The position numbers and the translations under genes are program-made. Shown here one piece after another: positions 53,599-64,000 of a DNA stretch of 64,000 nt. Numbering within the stretch: position 1 is the stretch's first letter; the number at the start of each line of letters is the position of its first letter. The DNA comes from Octopus vulgaris. Its lineage: Eukaryota. The stretch spans positions 114,824,001 to 114,888,000 of the forward strand of contig OX597818.1 of assembly GCA_951406725.2 (NCBI GenBank). The letters are read 5' to 3'. The notes beneath the pieces were generated by a model. The model worked only from the letters and a program-made list of their open reading frames with translations. It was not told where the DNA came from and ran no database searches.

Positions 53599-54747
53599 CT
53601 TTAACTATAAATTTTTACTTGTGCCTGCTCACCAAGAATGTTCCTGCTTAACTACCTCAAACAAGCCCACGCCCAAACAAGTCTACCTCACACTTCTCAT
53701 TTGATATTTTCTACATTGCTTAAGGCATTATCACGTTATTACATTCTACAGTTTCATTATTACATAGACTTTCCTCGTTAATATTTTGGCAGTAATTACC
53801 GATAACCCTACCTCTATTGTCGCTTGAAAAGTATCTTGAACTCCAAAATGAGATACCTGTTTCTTGAATATATTCATGGCAATATCTTCTGCTTTATTTG
53901 CTTTAACTAAACTAGCTGTAGATTATCAAAACTTAGCATCAGTAGGATGTAAAATCCGTGGATTATTGCAAATGTGATCTTTTAAATTAAAACAAGTATT
54001 TAACTCGCCTGCTTTGGTGATTACCACTACCGAAGCAAACCCTCCTGTCAGCTTCATCTATCGTGAGCAAATTTTTATTAATCTTAATTAGCACAGCTCG
54101 AATCACTTCCAACTGAACTTCTCTGACAGTTGTGCACATATACGGCCTTACTAAGCGCCTCTATCAGAAGCATAGCTACATTTGTATCTGAGTCGTTAAT
54201 CAGAATATTTTCATCTTTTAGCAGTATTTCCTGCAACAGTATTCGAAAGAAACTTGAAAATTAATGTATTATGAAGACGCGAACGAAAATAAGAAGATTA
54301 ACTGTTTCGCTTAATATGATGAAGAGGACTTCTCTTGCGTTTTTGTTAAATTGTCGACACTGAAATATAAACAAAATATATTCGAAATAAAAAATATTCC
54401 AAAATCTGATGCTGCAACACGAACTTCCGTACGTGAAAGGATTAATCAATCTGCCTTTCTCTCTGCTGGTGATGTAATTATTTTTCATTTATGATTTTTT
54501 GCTGTTCCTTTCTATTATTTATTTCTATTTGCAACATATTCAATGTAGAATAAAAAAAATTTCAATGATGACGTGCTTTGTAAATTGTCTGCCTACGGCT
54601 ATTGATTTCCTTCTTACGAGATGCAAGTCCACAATTAAATAAAATTCAGAGAGATGGAGAGACACAGGGGGGGATGTTTGTAGAATAGCCAGAGACAGAA
54701 AGTAAAATAATTGAGAGAGGAGGTAGAAAGAGATTGTGATGTGTAAC

Positions 54748-54791
<44 letters not shown>

Positions 54792-54796
<5 letters not shown>

Positions 54797-55034
54797 TCGT
54801 GTACATTAAAACACATTAAGAGGCTTCCAAATAGGAAAGCCTTGTGCTAGAAAGAGCAGTAGAAAACTCAAACCACTAATTTTGGATAAATTCTCGAAAG
54901 GAATGAAAATTAAAAGTTATCCAAATTATCCAAAAATTATCCAAAATTAGTGGTTTGAGTTTTCTACTACTCTTTCTAGCACAAGGCTTTCCTATTTGGA
55001 AGCCTCTTAATGTATTTTAATGTATACGATATTT
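54792..55034. repeat. 98-bp-arm inverted repeat, 47-bp spacer
   Basis: 54792-54889 is the reverse complement of 54937-55034 with about 3 transitions. The spacer contains repeated TTATCCAAA. Confidence 0.93.
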
Positions 55035-55146
55035 TTATGTGAGTAATATATAGTCTATTGACTAATTTTTTCTGCGCTAGGCCACTGGTAATAACAATTT
55101 CTATAATTCTTAATTATATTAATAATATTACTTATTTTTTTATTAT

Positions 55147-55259
<113 letters not shown>

Positions 55260-55347
55260 TGTATGTATGTATGTATGTATGGATATGGATGGATGGATGG
55301 ATGGATGGATGGATGGATGGATGGATAGAATGTGTGTGATAGAGAGA

Positions 55348-55388
<41 letters not shown>

Positions 55389-56198
55389 AATGAAGTTTTG
55401 TTATTTTCATAACGATTTCAGTGTCAATTCTACTGCAAATGCAGTGAATAAGCTATTACTCGCGAATGGAAATCGCATCACCGAGTGAAGTTATTTTTCT
55501 TGAAGTATGTCCGTTGTTAGTTGAAAGACTTTGCAGTTGTAATATGAATGATAAATTGTGAAGTTAATGCATGTTCCAGAGATATTAGCAACCTACTTGA
55601 GAGGCAAGTGCTACGTTCAACCAAAGCGCAAATGTCGTCCACAGCTTCAGTATTCATGATCTCTCTACGAGAGCCAATATTTTCATACAATTATTTGCTA
55701 TTGTATAATCTGAAGAGCCATGTCTGTTTGACAGGGTAAATAAAAATGTATTATATCCATCCCTTTCTTGGAAGCATCAGTGTTGTATTCAGAAGCAAAT
55801 GAAATTCAACATGTGATTGAGGTCCTGTCACATTTTGTGAGATTACAGCATCCTCTTCGTGTTTCAGGAATTTACGAATATAAATATCGATTACAAAACA
55901 TCTATAAAAAAAATACCTGTCAAACAGCACATGACAGATTTAATTCATACTGGTCAACTACTAATATTTCGTATCGATACTGAAGGATACAAATAAAGAC
56001 TGATAAGGTTTGAACTTTCAACGCAAACGTTCCTAACTAGATTCGGAAAACAATTTTCTGAAGACATTCATATTTCTACTAATCAACAAAACTTCTTACA
56101 GACTTTTGTTTGATATACTTAAGACATGGATACTCTCTTTCTATTTTTATCACATTATTTCATTTAAAAAAAAACTTAGGATTATGTCAGATAATCAA

Positions 56199-56256
<58 letters not shown>

Positions 56257-56329
56257 GAGAGAGAGAGAGAGAGAGATAGACAGACAGACAGACAGACAGA
56301 CAGCCAGACAGACAGACAGTCAGACATAC

Positions 56330-56368
<39 letters not shown>

Positions 56369-56470
56369 TAGATAGATAGATAGATAGATACATACATACA
56401 TACATACATACATACATACATACATGCATACATAGGCGCCGCAGTAGCTGTGTGGTAAGTAGCTTGCTTA

Positions 56471-57210
56471 TTGTGCATGCGTCGGACTATTCGCTGTGTT
56501 GATGTTTGATGAGTCGGACGGAATTTTCTGTGCTGCTTGGCGGCGTTTTGTTAGTGGGTGTTATACCGCTAGAAACAATGTATTCAGACCTTAGCGGGCC
56601 TGAGTTGTCTTCAGTTGAGGAGGGGCTCGTGAAGGTGGTGGAAAAAATGGATAAAATATTGGAAAAAACAAAGAGTTTTGATGAGGTTGCGGAGGTGAAG
56701 AGAAGGAAAGTGAACTTGGTTAGATTGTAGGAGCATGGCAAGATGACTCAGAAGGTGGGCGGCGACGTGATGCTGTTGTCCCCTAAAAGAATCACGGAGA
56801 ACATGGAGAAAAAACCTATCACCTACAAGGTGCACACTTTGGAGAACAAGAAGGTTGAACAGGTGGAAGCGGCAAAAATAGAAAAGGCACTGAGGCAACA
56901 ATCAAGCCAAATTATTTATATAACAAGAGGAAGCAGTTTGTCCAGTTTAGGACAGTGGAAAAGGCGAGGAGCCTGGCGAGTTTAGCGGCGAGGACGGAGG
57001 ACGTAGTGCTTCTGCCCACGTATCTTGGAAGAAAGACTTTCATGGTGAGGGTAGAAGGAATCCCACCCGATATAGAAGTGGCCTGGGTTACGGCAGCCAT
57101 CCTCGTTGGAAGTGAGGAGGTAGTAGCTGTCCTCCAAGCCACGGAAACGGAGAAAGAAGGATGGAGAGGGAAAATACTGGACCTCATTATATAGGCAGAG
57201 GAGAGTTGAA
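56471..57210 (+). mobile_element. 5' part of a third Tx1-type ORF1 element, 3'-truncated
   Basis: GDVMLLSPKRITENMEKKPITYKV...IEKAL..IIYITRG...VVLLPTYLGRKTFMVRVEGIPPDIEVAWVTAAIL..WRG is collinear with ORF1 at 13714-14343 and 32745-33943. Contains a stop and a frameshift. Confidence 0.8.
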
Positions 57211-57214
57211 TTTG

Positions 57215-58500
57215 GCATTGTCCGTGATAACTGATGCGACCCTACAGAGTTAAAGAGACACATACAACATTTCGTTCACCGCAAGTAGTTCTCATGATAC
57301 AGCCATAAAGAAAGGATCGGAGTATACAAAGGAGCCATGAGGAAATTTGAAACTATCATCCGTAACGATAGGAATGGGATTTGCCCTCTCTATAGGAGCA
57401 AGTCATGGAACACCATTGAAGAGACTAAGAAGAAAATAGGGAAGGCCAACTCATGGTATGATAGCCACAAATACCAGAGTGTCATGTTCGTCGACACCAC
57501 CCCTAAAGGCGTTTCGTTTTAAAAGGTCCCTAGACAAACTTAAGTTAAGGATTAAGGTTGTTGAAAGGCCAGGCTACCCTATCAAATCCCTAATCGGTAG
57601 AACCTACGCTTTTAGTAGAACCCCCTGTACTGATAGGAACTGTACTGTATGTAGATTTAGCCCACAAACAAACTGTAATGCCAGAAATGTAGTCTATAGC
57701 ATAAGATGTACAGAGGGATGGTGCAGTAACAACACGACGACGTACGTAGGGGAGACAGCACCGAGCATAGGAGAGCAGGTAAATGAGCATTGGAGGGAAC
57801 TTAAGGAATAGAAGAGCTCATCGGTTCTGTACCAGCACGCCGAGCAGGAACACGGGGGCTCACTCAACAATAGAGAAGTTAAAATCTTGTCCACACATAG
57901 AACAGACGCAACGCTTCGACAAATTACAGAAACCGCACACGTAATAGAAGATAAACCTACCCTGAATAGGAAACTGGAATGGAACTCTAGCACACATCCC
58001 CAACACACCACAACATATGACAGAATCAGGTCCCCATAAACTGATAACAATATGAATAATACAATACACAGATAAACAAATGGAATTAAATAATTATTAT
58101 ACATTAACAAAATTAAATTAAAAAGAACATAAAAAATAAGTAGATATAAACACATGAACAAAATAAATAAAAACAAATTAAACGAACGTGTGTAAACAGG
58201 GGACGCAGATAATACAGGCACTCCCCTCTCCCCACACACGCACTTACTAAACATAGACACACATAGGGTATACGCATGCGCAAATAAAGACACATACAAT
58301 AGAAATGCAAAATACAAAATAGCTGATCATTAGAAAGGAGAGACACACAAATAAGAAAGAAGAAAGCAAAGGACCACTGGTGAGGTCACAGAAATGTGAC
58401 GAAAGAACTCTGGCCGAAATAAGATTAAGTTTAATGTAAAAAATAAATAACACTGAAGCAAAATAACACCAAATATATAGTGCGTGTGTTTTTATTGGCT
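57215..58500 (+). mobile_element. Penelope-like element 3' part (GIY-YIG with CCHH-like residues, possibly Naiad-type) with pLTR
   Basis: PLYRSKSW..NSWY..SVMFVDTTP, IKVVERPG, C..C..C, NVVYSIRC..C..TYVGET..SIGE..NEH..SVLYQHAEQEH..RQITE..LNRKLEW. Hammerhead-like CCA-CTGGTGA-GGTCAC..GTGAC-GAAA..TC-TGG at 58374-58415. Confidence 0.85.
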
Positions 58501-58549
58501 AAACTGGCAACATGACCATACCCAAATACAACAATATATATGTATATGT

Positions 58550-58585
<36 letters not shown>

Positions 58586-58609
58586 GTGTGTCTGTGTGTG
58601 TGTGTCTAT

Positions 58610-58792
58610 GTTTGCATGTCTGTGTTTGTTACCCCAACATCGCTTGACAACCGATGCTGTTGTGTTTACGTCCCCGTAAAAGAGACCGAAAGAATAAGTA
58701 CTAGGCTTACAAAGAATAAGTCCTGGGGTCGATTTCCTTGGCAAAGGAGCTGCTCCAGTATGACTGCAGTCAAACGACTAAAACTAGTAAAA

Positions 58793-58795
<3 letters not shown>
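58610..58795 (+). mobile_element. SINE family O 3' half (a matching head fragment lies at 56434-56470)
   Basis: CATCGCTTGACAACCGATG..GTTTACGTCCCCGTAA..AGAATAAGTACTAGGCTTACAAAGAATAAGTCCTGGGGTCGAT. Confidence 0.8.
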
Positions 58796-58846
<51 letters not shown>

Positions 58847-58850
<4 letters not shown>

Positions 58851-59010
58851 CGAATTTCTAGAAAACAAAAGACGAAGAAAGGTGAAGAAACCACAAGGAG
58901 GTGTATTATCTTAATGCTCCGCAAGAATGGAAAAGTATTTGACGTTTTGAGCCTACGCTTTTCGACAGATAAGGATTAAGAGGAAATAAGAACGAAGAGA
59001 GAACGAAAAG
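58847..59010 (-). mobile_element. Family H short element (degenerate hammerhead-like motif)
   Basis: Minus strand CTGTCGAAAAGCGTAGGCTCAAAACGTC; homologous to 16860-17060. Confidence 0.55.
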
Positions 59011-59149
59011 AACGTGTGTGCGTGCGTGCGTGCGTGCGTGTGTGTGTGTGAGTGAGTGTTTGTGTGTGTGTATGTGTGTGTGGTACTTTTGAAAACTAAG
59101 CGGGATGGTCTTCTCTTAAGTAACTTCTCCATCAGAACTGAACTAGGTT

Positions 59150-59426
59150 CTGATGGCAGCGAGCTGGCAGAAACGTTAGCACGCTTGGCGAAATGCTTAG
59201 CGGTATTTCGTCTGCCGTTACGTCCTGAGTTCAAATTCCGCCGAGGCCGACATTGCCTTCATACTTTCGAGGTCGACTTTACCTTCACCCTTTCGAGGTC
59301 GACTTTACCATCACCCTTTCGAGGTCGATAAATTAAGTACCAATTACGCATTTAATCGACTTAATCCCTTTGTCTGTCCTTGCTTGTCCCCTCTATATTT
59401 AGCCCCTTGAGGGCAATAAAGAAATA
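59150..59426 (+). mobile_element. SINE family M monomer, tail A, with internal triplication
   Basis: TSD AGAACTGAACT(A/G)GGT at 59134-59148 and 59427-59441. A ~26-bp unit is repeated three times at 59248-59330. Confidence 0.9.
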
Positions 59427-60618
59427 AGAACTGAACTGGGTAAGAGAAGTAGCGATCATTGAAAAACAAGAAAAAAGAACAAAAATAACAATAATCCTTT
59501 GCAACATAGACACGGAGTCTGAACATTTGGGTGAGGGGACTATTCGATTACATGGATCCCCAGGGCTCAACTGGTACCCATTTCACTAACTCAGAACTGA
59601 ACTGGTTGTATCTGTTCTATATTGCAGTCAGCCAGATTTATTAATAAATGACAAAATATACTTTCTCTGCATCAGCGACAACTGTTCCGAACACAATGAG
59701 GATGAGAGAGAAGAAATAAAACGCTAGTATGAATAGTCGCTCTATCTTTTATTTTTCTAATGTTATATCCTACTTGATATGACTTTTCCTTTAATTCGTT
59801 GCTAAGAAGCAGTACGAAACTTCTACATGTTTTATATCCCTGTCTCAATAATAATATGGTATCGAATATTTTGAATATAATTTCTCCACTTTTCTTTTTA
59901 TACACCTAAGAAAATACACGCAAAAAAACCTCATTAATGTCACATTGACATCCATAGTAAATTCTCTATAAAATAGTAACGATATCAAAATTTATAACTA
60001 TTACGCCGTAAGGATACATTGCGTTACTAAATGCCTCAATAAAATAGATTTTCCTATGTTTCTTGGGGTATATTTATGTTTATTTCTTTGTTTTATACTT
60101 CGCTATCTAACGTCTTTCACCGCCATGTTTTTATTTGCTATTACAAAATTGAGACAGAAATAAATGCCAAATTTGCCCAGTTCTGTTTTAAATTTAAAAT
60201 TGCTACGTAACCTTATCGAAAATCATTAACTAAAGACTTCTACCCTTCTTTCAATAAATAATCTCTTTCTTCCCTTTTCGGTGTTCTTTAAATTCTTCCA
60301 ATATAGACAGTGCTGCTGCTTAACTAAGGAAGAAGAATTTTATTAAAATTTTGACAATAAGAAATGCAGAGTCACGTATAAATCATGTGAGAATTCTTGT
60401 CCCGGTTTCAGATTAAATTTGCATCTGATTACGAATGCTAAAGCTCCGTGTCTACTTGTCAGTGTACGTGATGTGTGTGTGCGTGCGTGTGTGTGTGTGT
60501 GTTTACTCAAGTAATACACGACTTAAAAAGATATATTATTTCCTGTCTCTGAGGAACTATTTTGCAGTAGATTACAATGGAAATAGAAGTGATAATTTAA
60601 ACAGAAAAAATAAATAAA

Positions 60619-60660
<42 letters not shown>

Positions 60661-60999
60661 TGATGATGATGATCTTTTGTTACTTTGTCATTATCAGGGT
60701 AGGTAATGGAATCAGTTTAACAACTACAAAGCTTCACTAACAACCATCCTTTTGTTTAAATATGAACCAGAAATAGATGGAGCAAAGCTTCTATATTTTG
60801 TGTTTGAGTTTCAATTGTCTTCACAGAAGGCGTTTCTGGGATATTTCCTACGTATTATAGTTTTATATCATAGTATAGAAATCCATACCTTATTTATACC
60901 TTATTTATAATGATATTATTTTATGCCTGAGGAGTGATTCTGGCGTACCACACTACAAGTTGTTAATGGTATTGAAATTAACAACGATTTATCTTTAAT

Positions 61000-61216
61000 G
61001 TTCTAGCTGTTTCAGTTAATGGAGTGCGGCCATACTGAAGCACCGCCTGGAAGAGATTTTAGTCGAACGAATCTACCCCAGTAATTTTCTTACCCTTAGT
61101 TGTTATTCTATCGGTCTATTTCCCCAAACTGCTAAGTTACAGGAATGCATTCACATCAACACCGGTTGTCAAGCGGTCCTGGAGCACAAAAAGAAGACAC
61201 AAAGACTCACACAGAT

Positions 61217-61252
<36 letters not shown>

Positions 61253-61258
61253 CTATAA

Positions 61259-61324
<66 letters not shown>

Positions 61325-61336
61325 TTATGCAAGTAT

Positions 61337-61373
<37 letters not shown>

Positions 61374-61530
61374 GATGGGCTTCTTTCAGTTTCCGTCTAC
61401 CAAATCCACTCACAAGGCTTTGGTCAGCCGAAAGTTAGAGTAGAAGACATTTACCTAAGTTTCCACGCAGTGAGACTGATCCCGAAACCATGTGGTTGGA
61501 AAGCAAACGTCTTAATACACAGCCACGCCT
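61000..61530 (-). mobile_element. SINE family O full copy with internal microsatellite
   Basis: ACGATGGGCTTCTTTCAGTTTCCGTCTACCAAATCCACTCACAAGGCTTTGGTC...ACACAGCCACGCCTG. Confidence 0.85.
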
Positions 61531-62854
61531 GCTTCTGTTTGGTGCAGCAATTAGATATAAATATATTGAGTCTCAAAACTAAAGTTATTCCTCATACAAA
61601 CTATTGATTTTTATTGAAAAGCATGGATGACACAATGAGACCCGCTTGTGTGGGGTTTTTTTCGTATTATATTAATTAAGAGAGCGTTTATAACGAAATT
61701 AAATTCATTAATGTGATAATCATCATCATAGTAATTTCATTTAACTTTGTTTCTTGGAGTCTTCTTTGATGAAAGTTTCAAAGACAGAAGAATACATCCT
61801 GTTAACTTTGAAACGATTTGTCAGAATCTGTGGTATAACGATGTACCTTTTTCCTTTATTGAATATCTTTACTTATGTTTATAAAGATGGGGATAGTCAA
61901 TTACATTATCTTGGGTATTTATTTTAGAGACCCCATAAGGAAAATGACCAAAACGCAGAGCTAAATTTTGAGTTAAGGAGGACGAAATGCATCAGAGCCA
62001 GGAACTTTTTCATATGGTTTGCAACTTCTATCGATTCATTGTCCTTTAGTAATTTCCAACAAAATTAAAACGAGTGAGAGTAAAACGGATCCAGGCATAT
62101 AATTGTATGAATCGATTACAATAAAATGTAAATATACACTGTGAGGGTTTTTGATATGTATACAAAGTAATACCTTTTAATGAAAGTCATGCAAACCGGG
62201 GTTAGCTCTGAGCACCCTAATTTTGGCTCAGTGAACGCACCGGCCGCCTTGGACGCTTTGATAGGTTATTTCCTCGAGATTGGTCGAATGAAGTTCAAAG
62301 TCGAGCTTAACAACGTCAGAAAGCAGCACGTAAATGAGAACTAACGTAAGAGACAAGGAATTTTATTTGACCACTGTCTCTGCCATCCAGAGACCTTCAG
62401 TGTTGGGCTACGGTTTGACATCTAACATACCTAAAACATCAAACCAAGGAAACAACTGTCGGAACACTTGTAATAAGCTCAATTCTATGACAGCGGATCA
62501 TGAATATACCGATGACATAAATCATAAGTTTATGGAGATACTAATATTTACAGAGAAAGCAACAAGACTGAAGTCTATGAATACAGCAATTCTTCCGGTA
62601 TAGAGAAGAACTTTGGATACAAGGAAAAACAAACAAAAAAATGAATGTCGTCTTGAACACATGTAATATTATTCATTGTGATATATTCCTTTGTGATGTA
62701 TTCGTACTGAAATAAAACTACATTTCCGAAGAAATAATCAATCTTTTATACGAGAGAAATAATAAATTTTGAAAATATTCTTGCAATGTGGAAAATCCGG
62801 TTTATAGAAACGTAACCATTACTAAGCCGGTTCTACGTTTATTTATTTATCGTT

Positions 62855-63315
62855 TACCTTTTACTTGTTTTCAGCTATTGGCTGCGGCCATACTGGAGCA
62901 CAGCTTTTAAGAGTTTAGTCGAACAAATCGACACTACTACTAATTTAAGTCTGGTACTTATAGTATCGTTCTCTTTTGCCGAGCCGCTAAGTTACGGTGA
63001 CGTAATCGAACCAACAGCGGGTGTAAAACGGTGGTAGGAACGAACATATTCACAATAACGCACTCACACACACACAAATACACACAAACACATACAAACA
63101 TACAAACACACACAAGCACGCACATACATATACACAAATACACACATCCATACATGTGTATTATCCGCATGTATACAAGACGGGTTTCAACACACTTTCC
63201 GTTTATAAAATTCACTTAAAAGCATTGTTCGACCCGGAGCACTTGTCTTAGGTGCTGCGCAGTGGGACTGAACCCAATACCACGTCATAAATCGAGCTAC
63301 TTAACCACACACACT
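62855..63315 (-). mobile_element. SINE family O copy, degenerate
   Basis: GCGGCCATACTGGAGCAC..GTCTGGTACTTA..CGCTAAGTTACGG..AGTGGGACTGAACCC. Confidence 0.75.
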
Positions 63316-63411
63316 CATAGCTTCATGACGTATGCTGTTTCAGCCTACTTTTATTTCACACTGATGTTGATGCATGTCCAGTATCGAACTGTATTTATTA
63401 ACAACTCAGCT

Positions 63412-63632
63412 AAGGTGGATGCGTTAGCAGAGTCGTTAGCACGCCGGGCAAAATGATTAGCGGCATTTCGTTCGCCTTTTCGTTCCGAGTTCAAATCCCG
63501 CCGAGCTTGACTTAGCCTTTTATTCTTTCGGGGTCGATAAATTAAGTACCATTGAAACCCCTGGGGTTGATGAAATCGACTACCCCCCTCCCCCAAATTT
63601 CAAACCTTGTGATTATAGTAGAAAGGATTAGT
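63412..63632 (+). mobile_element. SINE family M, tail B
   Basis: GCAGAGTCGTTAGCACGCCGGGC..GAGTTCAAATCCC..CTTTCGGGGTCGATAAATTAAGTACC..CCCCAAATTTCAAACCTTGTG. Confidence 0.85.
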
Positions 63633-63719
63633 ATGTATGTATAAAAAGTGACATTCGATCACAGCACTAGTAACAGTTAAGCTTCGTGCACTGGCCATAC
63701 TCGATAACGAGGGGAAGCC

Positions 63720-63794
<75 letters not shown>

Positions 63795-64000
63795 CTGCAT
63801 CCTCGTTACACGAGAAAAGACATCGACAAGTAGACTTACTGAAATGATTCATAATTGTTGCCATGTGATACCCTTATATGACTTTTAAGACCGGCCAAGC
63901 TTTTACACATTTTATTACATACTAGACGACTGTACTGGCTAGCAGGAGAAACACGTGTCACCATATGCACTCTCTTAACATGTATATATATATATACATA

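Overview
AT-rich, microsatellite-saturated animal DNA, intergenic or intronic. The SINE, Penelope and microsatellite content looks like a coleoid cephalopod, probably Octopus (my inference, not verified). I found no supportable host protein-coding exon, and most listed ORFs are translations of simple repeats. The window is a graveyard of mobile elements: Tx1, CR1 and RTE LINEs, Penelope-like elements with hammerhead-type motifs, three tRNA-SINE families, Tc1/mariner, Helitron and Gypsy relics. The most notable structure is a Tx1-clade (L1 superfamily) system with three parts. (1) Three co-oriented Tx1 copies, one full-length, are all inserted into one (GATA)n microsatellite (25790-34435). (2) A complete 2.05-kb ORF1-only, HAL1-like element is bounded by a 14-bp TSD (12415-14469). 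(3) A tRNA-SINE family occurs as monomers, a dimer and a trimer with 15-16-bp TSDs. All three end in the same ~40-nt 3' tail, a small hairpin with compensatory changes directly followed by AATAAA. This suggests one type of retrotransposition machinery with two classes of parasite. Coordinates and alignments were read by eye, so ends may be off by a few bases.
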